Below, in pieces: positions 49,293 through 62,915 of a DNA stretch of 64,000 nt (positions within the stretch are counted from its first letter, which is position 1; each line of letters starts with the position of its first letter). Source of the DNA: an uncultured Candidatus Entotheonella sp. (GTDB lineage Bacteria > Tectomicrobia > Entotheonellia > Entotheonellales > Entotheonellaceae); the NCBI GenBank assembly GCA_965217185.1, contig OZ244252.1, forward strand, positions 1,536,001-1,600,000, in the 5' to 3' direction. Both the position numbers and the translations under genes were made by a program. Under the pieces are notes generated by a model. It made no database searches. It was given only the letters and a program-made list of their open reading frames with translations, and was not told the origin of the DNA.

Positions 49293-50789
49293 ATGCCAGG
49301 GATGGAGCCAATACACGTCCTGCACGAGCAACTGGTCAGCGGCACCCTCAATGCGGTGGCTCTGACCGAGGCCGTGCTGGCGCGCGTCGATGCCGTTGAG
49401 CCCGAGCTGAACACCTACGTGACGGTGACAGCCGAGCAAGCTCGACAGCAGGCAACGGAAGCCGCCGACGCCTTCGCGCGTGGCGAGGTGCATTCGCCGC
49501 TGCAGGGCATCCCCCTGGCCATCAAGGACAACATTTGCACCAAGGGCGTGCGCACCACCTGCGCTTCCCGCATCCTGGAGCATTTTGTGCCGCCGTACGA
49601 CGCCACGGTCATGCAACGTTTGCAGGCAGCGGGCGCAGTGATGATCGGCAAGGCGAACATGGACGAATTCGCCATGGGATCGTCGACTGAAACCTCCCAT
49701 TTCGGGGCAACCCGCAACCCGTGGGGTGGTGCGAAATACGTGCCCGGCGGTTCCAGCGGCGGCCCGGCAGCGGCAGTGAGCGCCGGGTTGTGCGCGGCAG
49801 CCTTAGGTTCGGACACCGGTGGCTCCATCCGCCAGCCGGCGGCGATGACCGGCGTAGTAGGTCTGAAACCGACGTACGGCCGCGTATCCCGTTTCGGCCT
49901 GGTGGCGTTCGCTTCCTCGCTCGATCAGATCGGCCCGCTGACCCGGGACGTGCACGACGCCGCCCTGCTGTTACAGGTAATCGGCGGACACGACCCGCAT
50001 GATTCGACCTCCGGGAACGTCCCGACGCCGGATTACACCGAGGCTCTGGACCGCGGCGTGGAGGGGCTGAAGCTCGGTGTCCCCCGCGAGTACTTCGTAG
50101 CGGGCATGAATGCCGAGGTCGAGGCCGCCGTGCGCGCCGGCATCAACATCCTGCGCCAGGCGGGTGCCGAACTCGTCGACGTATCCCTGCCCCACACTCC
50201 CTACGCCGTCGCCACCTACTACATTCTGGCCAACGCCGAAGCCAGCGCCAACCTGGCGCGCTACGACGGGGTGCGCTTCGGCTTTCGCGCCGCCGAGCCC
50301 GCCGACCTGTCGGACATGTACATGCGTACCCGCGCCGAGGGGTTCGGGGCGGAGGTGAAGCGGCGCATCATGCTGGGGACGTACGCGCTGAGTTCGGGAT
50401 ACTACGACGCCTATTACAAGAAGGCACAGCAGGTGCGCACGTTGTTTCGCCAGGATTTTCAGCGCGCTTTCGCCGACTGCGACGCTCTGCTGACGCCGGT
50501 ATCGCCGACCCCGGCTTTCCGTCTCGGCGAGCGGCTGGACGACCCGCTGCAAATGTATCTGGCTGACATTTTCACCATCCCCATGAACCTTGCGGGGATT
50601 CCGGCCTTGTCGGTACCCTGCGGCCTGACGACGGACAGACTGCCGATCGGCTTGCAGATTGCCGCGCCGCCCTTTCGCGAGGATGTGCTCCTGCAAGTCG
50701 GCGCGGCCTTCGAAGCGATCACCGATTTTCACACCCTGAAGCCGGACGGCCTGCCGGCGACACGCCATGGAGACGGTCATGGACTATGA
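49293..50789 (+). CDS. gatA: Asp/Glu-tRNA amidotransferase subunit A
   Basis: [38 protein letters not shown]. Confidence 0.97.
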   Translation: MPGMEPIHVLHEQLVSGTLNAVALTEAVLARVDAVEPELNTYVTVTAEQARQQATEAADAFARGEVHSPLQGIPLAIKDNICTKGVRTTCASRILEHFVPPYDATVMQRLQAAGAVMIGKANMDEFAMGSSTETSHFGATRNPWGGAKYVPGGSSGGPAAAVSAGLCAAALGSDTGGSIRQPAAMTGVVGLKPTYGRVSRFGLVAFASSLDQIGPLTRDVHDAALLLQVIGGHDPHDSTSGNVPTPDYTEALDRGVEGLKLGVPREYFVAGMNAEVEAAVRAGINILRQAGAELVDVSLPHTPYAVATYYILANAEASANLARYDGVRFGFRAAEPADLSDMYMRTRAEGFGAEVKRRIMLGTYALSSGYYDAYYKKAQQVRTLFRQDFQRAFADCDALLTPVSPTPAFRLGERLDDPLQMYLADIFTIPMNLAGIPALSVPCGLTTDRLPIGLQIAAPPFREDVLLQVGAAFEAITDFHTLKPDGLPATRHGDGHGL

Positions 50790-52215
50790 ATGCGTCATCG
50801 GCCTGGAGGTGCACGCCCAACTGCTGACCGACAGCAAACTGTTCTGCTCTTGCGCCACCGCCTTTCAGGCCGACCCGAACGACCAAACCTGCCCGGTTTG
50901 CCTCGGCCTGCCCGGCGTGCTGCCGGTGCTCAATCGCCAAGCGGTCGAGCTGACCATGCGCACCGGTCTCGCCATGCAGGGAACCGTCGCCGCCTCGAAT
51001 CGTTTTGCGCGCAAAAATTATTTCTATCCCGATCTGCCAAAGGGGTATCAGATATCGCAGTTCGAGGAACCGCTCATTGAGGGCGGCTGTCTGGACATTG
51101 AGGTTGACGGCACGGTCAGGCAGGTGCGGCTGAACCGAATCCACCTGGAAGAGGACGCCGGCAAGTCCATTCACGGCGAAAACCTTGCCGACCCCAACAA
51201 GAGCTACGTTGACCTGAACCGCACCGGCGTGCCGTTGATGGAAATCGTCAGCGACCCCGACCTGCGCTCGCCCGAGGCGGCCAGGGTCTATCTGCAAAAG
51301 CTCAAAACAGTCCTGGAATATCTCGACGTGTGCGACGGCAACATGGAGGAAGGCAGCCTGCGCTGTGACGCCAACGTATCGTTACGACCGGCAGGCACGG
51401 ACACCCTTGGCACCCGCACCGAGATCAAGAACCTGAACTCGTTCCGCAACGTCCAGCAGGCCATTGCCTACGAGATGGAACGCCAACGCGACGTGCTGGA
51501 GAATGGCGGCAGCGTGGTGCAGGAAACGCGGCTGTTCGACGCCGGGCGCGGCGTTACCGTGCCGATGCGTAGCAAGGAAGAGGCGCACGACTATCGTTAC
51601 TTCCCGGAGCCGGACTTGGTGCCGTTGCAGATTGAGCCGGAGTGGATTGACCGAGTGCGGCAGTCGATCCCCGAACTGCCCGACGCACGGCGCCAGCGAT
51701 TCGTCACGCAATATGGGCTGCCGGCCTACGACGCTGACGTCCTCGTTGCCTCGCGCGCCATGGCCGATTACTTCGAGGCCGCCGTCGAATCGTTCTCCCA
51801 GCCCAAGATCGTCAGCAACTGGGTCATGGGCGATTTTCTGCGCGCGTTGAATCATGCGAACCACAACCCGGACGAAGCCCCCGTCACCCCGTCGCACTTG
51901 GCCGAATTGCTGCGTCTGATCGACGATGGGACCATCAGCGGCAAAATCGCCAAGACGGTGTTCGAGGACATGTACCGCACCGGCAAGCGGCCCGGGGACA
52001 TCGTCGCCGAGCAAGGGTTGGTGCAGATGAGCGACAGCGACGCCCTGCAGGAGGTCATCGGCCAAGTTGTGGCCGAGCATCCCGAGCAGGTCGCCGCCTA
52101 CCGTGCCGGAAAGGAAAAACTGCTCGGCTTCTTCGTCGGCCAGACCATGAAGGCGACTCAAGGCAAGGCCAACCCCGCCATGGTCAACACGCTGCTGAAG
52201 CAACTGCTGCGGTGA
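50779..52215 (+). CDS. gatB: Asp/Glu-tRNA amidotransferase subunit B
   Basis: [35 protein letters not shown]. Confidence 0.97.
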   Translation: MDYECVIGLEVHAQLLTDSKLFCSCATAFQADPNDQTCPVCLGLPGVLPVLNRQAVELTMRTGLAMQGTVAASNRFARKNYFYPDLPKGYQISQFEEPLIEGGCLDIEVDGTVRQVRLNRIHLEEDAGKSIHGENLADPNKSYVDLNRTGVPLMEIVSDPDLRSPEAARVYLQKLKTVLEYLDVCDGNMEEGSLRCDANVSLRPAGTDTLGTRTEIKNLNSFRNVQQAIAYEMERQRDVLENGGSVVQETRLFDAGRGVTVPMRSKEEAHDYRYFPEPDLVPLQIEPEWIDRVRQSIPELPDARRQRFVTQYGLPAYDADVLVASRAMADYFEAAVESFSQPKIVSNWVMGDFLRALNHANHNPDEAPVTPSHLAELLRLIDDGTISGKIAKTVFEDMYRTGKRPGDIVAEQGLVQMSDSDALQEVIGQVVAEHPEQVAAYRAGKEKLLGFFVGQTMKATQGKANPAMVNTLLKQLLR

Positions 52216-52254
52216 AGGCTCCAGGATCAACCCCGGACCGCGAGGGACGTGCCC

Positions 52255-54939
52255 ATGTCTGAACGCCCAACCGTTTATCTGGTGGACGGCACCGCATACG
52301 TGTACCGCGCCTTCTACGCCATCCGGCAACAACTTTCGACGTCTGCCGGCGTGCCGACGAAGGCGGTGCTCGGTTTCAAGAACATGCTGCAGAAGCTGGT
52401 GCAGAATGAGAAACCGCAGTATCTGGGAGTGGCGTTCGACGAGCGCGGCCCGACCTTCCGGCACAAAATGGACCCGAATTACAAGGCCAACCGCCCGCCG
52501 ATGCCGGACGACCTGGAAGTACAGATTCCCTACATTCACCGACTGACCGAAGCCTTCAATATCCCCACGATCCGGCTGCAAGGATACGAGGCGGACGACA
52601 TTCTGGGCACCTTGGCGCGGCGCTTCGAGACGCAAGGCTGCGACGTGGTCTTGGTCACCAGCGACAAGGACCTGTGCCAGCTTGTGACCGAGCACACGAC
52701 GATCCTGGACACCATGAAGGAACAGCGCTTCGGCGTCGCCGAAGTAAAGGAACGCTTTGGCGTCGAACCGCGTTACGTAGTCGATTTTCTCGGCCTGATG
52801 GGCGACAGCTCGGACAACATCCCCGGCGTACCGGGGGTCGGCGAAAAAACGGCGCGCCAGTTGTTGGAGGAGTTCGGCAATCTGGATGCCTTGCTGGAAC
52901 AGGTAGACGCGGTGAAACGGCCCAAGCTGCGGGAATCTCTGCGCGACAATGCCGAACTGGCGCGCCAGAGCCGTGTGCTGGCAACGATCGACATCGAAAC
53001 CCCGGTCGACGTCGACCTGCCCGCCCTGGCACTTACCGATCCCGACAGCGACGAGTTGACGGCACTCTACACCGAATTGGAGTTTCACAACGAGTTACAG
53101 GCCATCCGTAGCGCGGCACCGGCCGCCAAACCGGTGGACAAGGATTACCGCACGATTACCGACCTTGCGGACTTGGATGCGGAAATCGCCGTCCTGGAGC
53201 AGGCCGACGGCTTTGCCGTCGACACCGAAACGACCAGCCAGGACCCCATGCTCGCCGATCTCGTCGGCATTTCGCTGGCCCACCAGCCGCACGCGGGCGT
53301 CTATATCCCACTGCGCCACAGCTATATCGGCGCGCCGCCGCAACTCGATGCCAAGCTGGTTCTGGAACGCCTGCGGCCCTTGCTCGAAGACCCTGCGGTG
53401 CCCAAATACGGCCAGAACATCAAGTACGACATCATCGTGCTGCAACGGCAGGGCATCACCCTGCGCGGCGTCGCCTGCGATACGATGGTGGCCGGCTACT
53501 TGCTCAACCCCTCGCGGCGCGCCCACAACATGGACGCCTTGGCGCGCGAGTACCTGCAATACGAGCCGATCAGCTACACGGACGTGGCGGGCAAAGGCGC
53601 CAAGCAGGTGACCTTCGACCAGGTGGAGGTCGAACGCGCCACCGAATACAGCGCCGAGGACGCCGACGTGACCCTCTTGCTGGCGCAGGAACTGCAGCCG
53701 CGGCTGGCGGCGGTTCAATTGGATAAACTGTTCGCCGACGTCGAAATGCCGTTGATCGACGTGCTCGTAGCCCTCGAGCGGCGCGGCATGGCTCTGGACA
53801 GCGCCTATCTGCGGCAAATGTCTATTCACCTGCAGGGCCGCATGGAAACACTGGTGCACGACATCCACGCGCTGGCCGGTGAGGAGTTTAACGTCAATTC
53901 GCCGCCGCAATTGCAACGCATCCTGTTCGAACAGTTGAAGCTGCCGCCGGGAAAAAAGACCAAGACCGGCTATTCGACCGACGTGTCAGTGCTGGAAAAT
54001 CTGGCGAGAGAGCACGAGTTGCCGCAGCGTATCCTGAAATACCGCCATCTCGCCAAGATGAAGTCCACATACGTGGACGCCCTGCCCCAACTCCTGCACC
54101 CCGAGACCAGACGCCTGCATACCTCGCTGAATCAAACCATCGCCGAAACCGGGCGACTGAGCAGCAGCAATCCCAACCTGCAGAACATCCCGATCCGTTC
54201 GCAGTTGGGGCGCGAGATTCGCCAAGCCTTCATTGCAGCGCCCGGACACCGCCTGGTATCGATTGATTACTCGCAGATCGAATTGCGCCTGCTGGCTCAC
54301 CTCAGCCAGGACCCCGTCCTCATCGAAGCCTTCCATAACGGCGAGGACATTCATGCCCGCACCGCAATGGAAGTCTTTGGCGTGGAGCCGGCAGCGGTAG
54401 ACGACGACATGCGGCGCATGGCCAAGACCGTCAATTTCGGCATCCTCTACGGCCTCAGCCCGTTCGGCTTGGCGCAGCGTCTGCACATTTCAGTCGAGGC
54501 GGGGCGCACTTACATTCACAATTATTTCGCCCGCTACCCAAGTGTGAAACAGTGCCTCGACGGCATCATCGCGCAGGCCCGCGACCAGGGCTACGTCACC
54601 ACCCTGCTGCAACGTCGCCGTTATCTGCCTGACATCGCCAGCTCGAACCGCAACGTCCGCGAGGCGGCAGAGCGTACCGCCATCAACATGCCCTTTCAGG
54701 GCTCGGCTGCGGACCTGATCAAGCTGGCCATGATCCGGCTGCATGAGCAGATCAACGGCGAAGCTTGGCCGTGTCACATGCTGCTGCAAATTCACGACGA
54801 ACTGCTTTTCGAGATCCCCGATAATGAGGTGTCGGACATGGTCCCCCGCATCACGGCGACCATGGAAGGCGTTTGGGATCTGGCGGTGCCGCTGACCGTC
54901 GAGGTCGGCCAGGGAAACAATTGGGCCGAGGCCCATTGA
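52255..54939 (+). CDS. polA: DNA polymerase I
   Basis: 5'-3' exonuclease (EADD, GDSSDNIPGV), 3'-5' exonuclease DTET, polymerase motifs DYSQIELR, KTVNFGILYG and QIHDEL. Confidence 0.97.
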   Translation: MSERPTVYLVDGTAYVYRAFYAIRQQLSTSAGVPTKAVLGFKNMLQKLVQNEKPQYLGVAFDERGPTFRHKMDPNYKANRPPMPDDLEVQIPYIHRLTEAFNIPTIRLQGYEADDILGTLARRFETQGCDVVLVTSDKDLCQLVTEHTTILDTMKEQRFGVAEVKERFGVEPRYVVDFLGLMGDSSDNIPGVPGVGEKTARQLLEEFGNLDALLEQVDAVKRPKLRESLRDNAELARQSRVLATIDIETPVDVDLPALALTDPDSDELTALYTELEFHNELQAIRSAAPAAKPVDKDYRTITDLADLDAEIAVLEQADGFAVDTETTSQDPMLADLVGISLAHQPHAGVYIPLRHSYIGAPPQLDAKLVLERLRPLLEDPAVPKYGQNIKYDIIVLQRQGITLRGVACDTMVAGYLLNPSRRAHNMDALAREYLQYEPISYTDVAGKGAKQVTFDQVEVERATEYSAEDADVTLLLAQELQPRLAAVQLDKLFADVEMPLIDVLVALERRGMALDSAYLRQMSIHLQGRMETLVHDIHALAGEEFNVNSPPQLQRILFEQLKLPPGKKTKTGYSTDVSVLENLAREHELPQRILKYRHLAKMKSTYVDALPQLLHPETRRLHTSLNQTIAETGRLSSSNPNLQNIPIRSQLGREIRQAFIAAPGHRLVSIDYSQIELRLLAHLSQDPVLIEAFHNGEDIHARTAMEVFGVEPAAVDDDMRRMAKTVNFGILYGLSPFGLAQRLHISVEAGRTYIHNYFARYPSVKQCLDGIIAQARDQGYVTTLLQRRRYLPDIASSNRNVREAAERTAINMPFQGSAADLIKLAMIRLHEQINGEAWPCHMLLQIHDELLFEIPDNEVSDMVPRITATMEGVWDLAVPLTVEVGQGNNWAEAH

Positions 54940-54954
54940 GGCAGGACTTTCTGT

Positions 54955-54984
54955 CCCTGCGGCCGCCGGGCAGCCGCAGGGTTT
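54955..54984 (+). terminator. Possible intrinsic terminator after polA
   Basis: ccctgcggc/gccgcaggg stem followed by ttt. Confidence 0.5.
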
Positions 54985-54989
54985 GGCGC

Positions 54990-55019
54990 TTGACAACGCC
55001 GAAAACGCTGGGTTATCGT
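54990..55019 (+). promoter_or_regulatory. Sigma70 promoter of tRNA-Ala
   Basis: TTGACA-N18-TATCGT. Confidence 0.6.
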
Positions 55020-55042
55020 TACGCCTCTTCTTTGAGGCCAAT

Positions 55043-55115
55043 GGGGCTGTAGCTCAGATGGGAGAGCGCATGACTGGCAGTCATGAGGTCAGGGGTTCGA
55101 TCCCCCTCAGCTCCA
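55043..55115 (+). tRNA. tRNA-Ala(GGC)
   Basis: GGGGCTG/CAGCTCC acceptor stem with G3:U70; anticodon loop CTGGCAG; no encoded CCA. Confidence 0.96.
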
Positions 55116-55149
55116 CTCCCGCCTTTTCCTCTCCTGAAAACCTTTTCTG

Positions 55150-55183
55150 TTAGGTCGGATTAGCGAAGCGTATTCCGACATTC
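55150..55183 (+). repeat. REP-like palindrome, copy 2 (TTAG foot)
   Basis: ttaggtcggattagcgaagcgtattccgacattc. Confidence 0.88.
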
Positions 55184-55285
55184 TGCTGTGTCAGTCCTTC
55201 CCGGCGCCGAAACGCAGAAACCGCTATCCCAACCGAGTCCTCGTTGTCGGTCGGGGCGAATTCGCTCTGTCCCAGCCGGCCAAGT

Positions 55286-56899
55286 TTACGCCCCGTTTGC
55301 AGCTCGCATCTGGATCGCCTCCACCGCCGCCAAGGCAGATAAGGCGGAACCTTCCTGCCAACCAGACAGGGCGGAGGTGAGATCCCCCGCAAAATAGACG
55401 GCGCCATCAGGTACTTGCAGAGCCTTTACCGGAATCTTGTCAAAACCGGGCCAGCTGCCCTTTTGGAAAGGCACCTTGGACCAAGCGATGCTAGCGTCGG
55501 ACTCCAATTCGCCCCTATAGCCGGGATGGATACGCTCGCCAGCCACAATTGTAGCCTCCCGGCGTTGCGCTGGTGACATGTCAGCAAACCGCAAGGCTGC
55601 CTCATGACCAAGGTCAGGAACTTTGGCGCCAAGGATATAAGCACCCAATATAATGCCCTTGTCACGATGATAACCGTTTGAGGGATACCAGATTTGCGTT
55701 ATGTCACTAAGGGTAGTCCAGGAGATGCCACCATAGATGTGATCATCCTCTTCCCAGAAGCGACGCTTGGCCTGAAAGGCAACTTTAACCGCGGAATCGT
55801 ACCTAGTTGCCTCAATCTCGTCTTGGGTCTCCATTGAGAAGTTGTTCGGGATGTCCTTCAAAACGGTGGCCGGAATGGTGCAGATTGCATAGTCTGCGTG
55901 GAAAGCCTCCATCATAGCCCCCCGGTAGCTATAGGCAACGCGAACGCCCCCAGCACTTTGATTCGAAATCTCCTCGACGACGCTCTCATAACGAATGAGA
56001 TGCCCTACTCGCATTTTGAACGCCTCGACAATCTTGTCCATGCCGCCGACAGGTTGAAACAGCGTGGCTTGTTGATCGAGGTCGTGTCCCCAGAGGAGAA
56101 AGTAATTTCCCCAACCATCCAAAGCCTCATTAAATTTTAGTACTTGGTCCAGCCCGAGGGGATCGACCGCCATTTTCCCGCCAAGCGCTTTGTGGATATA
56201 GCCATACATACCCATTTCGTACCCGGCACGATCCGATCCTGAATACACGCCGTCGCTCAAGTCGCCAAAGGTTCCAAGCATTGCCAGGAGGCGTTCCTTG
56301 TCCTCCATCGACAACTCACCGTCCAAAGCGTTTTGGTCCACTGCCTTCGTCAGCAATTCGGCGATATACCCGCGTTGAGCTGCGTGAATTTCCCGGCCCG
56401 TGACGGGCATGTTGTCATTAAAATCCGTCCCTTGGAAGAACGCTCCACGGTTGTCATTCACAATGACTTCCAGGCCAACACCAAACTCTTTGCAATAACT
56501 GAGAATAGTCTGGTGATGATATGGAATGCGGGCCGGCCCCATGTTCGCGTAGAGGTAGTCTTCTTCGTCAAAATCCACTTGTTGCATACTGTTGAATTCT
56601 TCGATTACGTCGCCCCGACGAACGGTAAAGTTACGCCCGCCCGCGCGCGTGGTGGCCTCCAGAATGGTACATTCATAGCCCATTTTGTCCAGTTCATACG
56701 CAGCCACCAAACCGGCAATGCCAGCGCCCAAAATAACGACGCGTTTTCCGTCCCCCATGCTCTGGGACACCGCCGATTCGGACGAGCAGCCCGTGAGGCT
56801 CGAGACCCCCAGCATCCCCAACGTCGCCATGGTCCGATACACCCCCGCTGCGCCAGCAACGGAGCCAACATATTGAAGAAGTTGCCGTTTCGTTAACAT
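55286..56899 (-). CDS. Flavin monoamine oxidase / L-amino acid oxidase family, exported lipoprotein
   Basis: GAGIAG, RAGGR, GPARIP, GGMD, FAGD...GWQEG; Tat-like TKRQLL plus lipobox LTGC; AAGGAG Shine-Dalgarno. Confidence 0.9.
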   Translation of the reverse strand: MLTKRQLLQYVGSVAGAAGVYRTMATLGMLGVSSLTGCSSESAVSQSMGDGKRVVILGAGIAGLVAAYELDKMGYECTILEATTRAGGRNFTVRRGDVIEEFNSMQQVDFDEEDYLYANMGPARIPYHHQTILSYCKEFGVGLEVIVNDNRGAFFQGTDFNDNMPVTGREIHAAQRGYIAELLTKAVDQNALDGELSMEDKERLLAMLGTFGDLSDGVYSGSDRAGYEMGMYGYIHKALGGKMAVDPLGLDQVLKFNEALDGWGNYFLLWGHDLDQQATLFQPVGGMDKIVEAFKMRVGHLIRYESVVEEISNQSAGGVRVAYSYRGAMMEAFHADYAICTIPATVLKDIPNNFSMETQDEIEATRYDSAVKVAFQAKRRFWEEDDHIYGGISWTTLSDITQIWYPSNGYHRDKGIILGAYILGAKVPDLGHEAALRFADMSPAQRREATIVAGERIHPGYRGELESDASIAWSKVPFQKGSWPGFDKIPVKALQVPDGAVYFAGDLTSALSGWQEGSALSALAAVEAIQMRAANGA

Positions 56900-57190
56900 C
56901 CTGCTCTCCTTCTGTATGTTTCGAATTACCAGCTCATCAACCATGCCACAATGGCAAACGACGAATCCAACCCTATCACAATTGGGGGTGTGCTCCAAAA
57001 TGTGCTAAGTGGAAAACCTCGGTTCGTGAAATCCGGGAAAGACGAATGTTCCTCCATCACCGTCTGGGGCTCTCGCCTCCTATCAACTCGGTGACATCAG
57101 CAGTCTCACCTAAACCAGAGTAGGCGCCTGTTTCCGCAGGTCAGACTGTCAGTAGGCACAATCCAACGGGGGAAGCCCGCGGGCGAGGCG

Positions 57191-57224
57191 GAATGTCGGA
57201 TTACGCTTTGCTAATCCGACCTAC
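57191..57224 (-). repeat. REP-like palindrome, copy 3 (GTAG foot)
   Basis: Reverse complement reads gtaggtcggattagcaaagcgtaatccgacattc. Confidence 0.9.
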
Positions 57225-57381
57225 ATTTTCGCCATAAAATGTTTTGTCTGGCCCGAATATCCCATTACCACGCATCCAATGGCACGGAAGGCCTTGCGGC
57301 TATTCAGTCGGCGGGCAGGCCAATTGTTGCCAATCGTTCCGCGGCAAGAAATTCCATGACATGGCCAAGAACGGAGGAATC

Positions 57382-57935
57382 ATGAAACGGAAACTCGCTT
57401 TGCAGTTCAGGATAGAACTCCTGGAGACAGAACCTGTGATCTGGCGGCAGATCGAAGTGCCGTCGACTATAGTTTCTGGGACCTCCACGTCGCTATCCAG
57501 GACTCGATGGGATGGCTGGACTACCACCTGCACGAGTTCAGCATCCAATCGCCGCGAAAGCGCAGGCCCGTGTTGATCGGAATTCCCGACGGGGAAGGCG
57601 ATCCCTTGTTCCAGGACGTGCTGCCGGGTTGGAAAGTGCCGTTGTCGGACTACTTCACCACCCCGGGTGACGTCTGCACTTACAACTACGACTTCGGCGA
57701 CGACTGGTACCATGAAATCCTGCTTGAAGCCGTACTCCTTTGTACGGACGGCGAACGTGCGTGCCCCGTCGAAGACTGCGGCGGCATTCCAGGTTACTAC
57801 CACCTGCTGGAGGTTCTCGCCGACCGTAAACACGAAGAATACCGTGACATGGTTTCTTGGTTGAAGAACCACGCCAAGAACTACCATCCTTACAACTCGG
57901 AACATTTCGAGCCGCGTCAGGTGACGTTTTCGAAA
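57382..57935 (+). pseudogene. Plasmid pRiA4b ORF-3 family protein, frameshifted and 3'-truncated
   Basis: [10 protein letters not shown], then a frameshift at about 57464, then [45 protein letters not shown]. No stop of its own; runs into the clpB frame. Confidence 0.82.
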
Positions 57936-57995
57936 ATTGCTGTCTCATTTGGGCAAATATACCAATACCCGCTTATCACCCACAGGAGGCACGAC

Positions 57996-60626
<2,631 letters not shown>

Positions 60627-60769
60627 CCGTTGCCGCAGATGCGACGTTGCTTCCAGGCGCAGGCAACGTCGCAACGCACCGCTCAAACCCGTCAATTTGA
60701 CAAGAGAACAAGAAATATCATCGAACCCAGCACGCCGGCGGCCAGGACTTGCAGAAAGGTGTGCCGCTT

Positions 60770-61055
60770 CATATAAGGCGTCGAACACGCCGTGCAGTAA
60801 GGTAAGGACGGAACACCAGAAGAGAAGACCCCACCGGCCAGCAGATCTGACACGGATGGGGGGGTAGGCGAAACGCATCACGGCCAACGCCAGAACGAGG
60901 GCGAAAACTGTGGAATGGGTGAGGCACGATGCCCCAACGGAATCCACTGGCAGAAGACTGACAACAAGATGAACTTTTTGGTTTTCTGGCGCTGCTCCGA
61001 CATGGCATAGACCGCACCAAAGGCCGAGCAGGGGGTGCGAGACAAAGGTCGCCAT
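60770..61055 (-). pseudogene. Fragment of YbcI-like membrane-bound metal-dependent hydrolase
   Basis: MATFVSH...SLLP...THS...LHGVFDAL motifs are retained, but HRG is missing and the C-terminal half is replaced by clpB-antisense sequence; GGAGG Shine-Dalgarno. Confidence 0.6.
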
Positions 61056-61320
61056 CGTGCCTCCGTGAGATACCTCGAGGAATGACCGATTACTCGTCCG
61101 TCCCGTAAATCCGCACGGAATAGGTACTGCTTTCGTCTTACCAGACGGTGAAAAAGACGTGTGTACTGAATGAAGATTTGCCGGAACAGCAGGCTACCTG
61201 TCCCAGGGTGAGGGCGAAAGCTATGATTGGGGTGGACTGAAGAGGAGGAATCGTGCGTTAATAATCACCGTACGCCAGACAAGGCGCCCATCCACTCAAC
61301 GTTCAAGGGAGGTATCCAGC

Positions 61321-61734
61321 ATGTCCGTGACGACCGAGAAACTGATGAGGCCAGTCCATGTCACGAAGGAGACGGCCGCAACCGTGTCGGGACGGCGCTC
61401 ATTCTTCACCTATCGCGACCTTGGCGTCACCGACGCCACCCAAGGTGCCATGCGCGCGCAGATTACGGAGGCCATCACCGGCATGACGGAGCCGACCGGC
61501 TGGCATTACCACGTTTGCGAGGCGCAGTTTGTGTATGCCATGAAAGGCTGGGTCGATCTGGAATTCGAGACGGGCGAGCATATCCGGCTGCAAGCGGGGG
61601 AATCGCTGTTCATCCCCGGCGGCTTGCGGCACAACGAAATCAGCACCTCCGACGATCTGGAACTTCTGGAAATTTCGACGCCGGCGCAGATGGACACGGT
61701 GTCGTGCGAGCGGCCGGCCGATTTGCCCGCCTAG
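61321..61734 (+). CDS. Cupin domain protein
   Basis: YRDLGV...TGWHYH...G...IPGGLRHNE; GGGAGG Shine-Dalgarno. Confidence 0.9.
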   Translation: MSVTTEKLMRPVHVTKETAATVSGRRSFFTYRDLGVTDATQGAMRAQITEAITGMTEPTGWHYHVCEAQFVYAMKGWVDLEFETGEHIRLQAGESLFIPGGLRHNEISTSDDLELLEISTPAQMDTVSCERPADLPA

Positions 61735-61924
61735 CCCTTCCCCTACCCCATCGCTGGCGGATGCCGGCCGCAAGGCAAATACCGATGCCCGGCAGCGATG
61801 GGTCGGCGGCGTTGTTTGACGCTCTTCCTTGTTGCCACAGTTTTTTTGCCATTCCTTGCAGCAGAAGTCCCCTCTGCCCCACCATCCAGGTGTTGTAGGA
61901 GCATCCGCACGCGGATTTTCCCCG

Positions 61925-62915
61925 CTAGGTCACATAGAGATCACCCTGTCCATCTTCTCCCACCAGCGCGCAAATCCCGGGGTCGGGACCGCCGCCGTCG
62001 CACCGGCCTCCGTTACCTCCGTTATCGGCAATGATCAAGCGCTTCCGGGCCTCGATTCGCTGGATGGATCGCCTGTTAACCCTTTGGTTGCAAAAACTAC
62101 GACCATATTGATTTTGGCAATCCTTTGGATAGTCATTAACGCAGTTGGTGAAAGTAATTCTGTTGCCGATGGAACCTGGTGCGAAATGACCGTATCGCGG
62201 ATGGCATGCGTCGGCCATATTGTTCGGGAAGCCGCACCCATTACGATCGATTGTCTGTTGGCTGCCCGCATAACCCTCGAAGACAGCTATCGACGCATCC
62301 AGTTCTTCCAGGCTGGAGTTGTACACACTGTCGCACGTATTGGCCAGACTTCCGGTCCGAATCGGCGTGCATCGAGCGGGCCTGCGCAGGCGGAATTGCA
62401 TGAACTCGTCGCATGCTGTTGCGCACTCACCAGTTCCTCTTCCTCTTCTTCCTCCGGCTCGACGAACTGTATTTGCGGCGCGTCCACCCTGCCTTGGTCG
62501 TCCGTGGTCAGCTGGGAAGGGACCGTCGACCGCTCGACCACCGACACCGTGTAGGCGCCCGTTGCCTCGTTCGTGCCGGCCACCGCTATGCGGTTCGACC
62601 CTCCGGTGCTTGGGGCGAAGATCAAAGCCGCCGGGCCCGACCATGAAACGCCTTCACTCACGGCGGTGCCCCATTCGTTGTAGACCCCGGTCAACTGTGC
62701 CCCCAACGCCGCGTCGCCCGACACCGTGACGTCGTAGCTCTTGCCGCTTGCCAGTTCCACCGCGAACCAGTCCACGTCCCCGGCACTGTCGATCCGGCCC
62801 GAGGCAGAGCCGCCCACCGTCACCGTTCCGGTGGTCCAGGAGTTCGACTCATAATCGTCGATGCGCTGCACCACCGCCGCGGTGAAGCCACCGGCCTGCG
62901 GCCCGTGCACGGCTT
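61925..62915 (-). pseudogene. Fragment of a large surface protein: PPC-like beta-sandwich repeat + poly-Glu linker + Cys-rich C-domain
   Basis: TTGTVTVGGSASGRID..GDVDWFAVEL...TGAYTVSV in one frame. A -1 frameshift at about 62434 leads to an 11-Cys domain ending at 61925. No signal peptide; 5' truncated. Confidence 0.65.
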
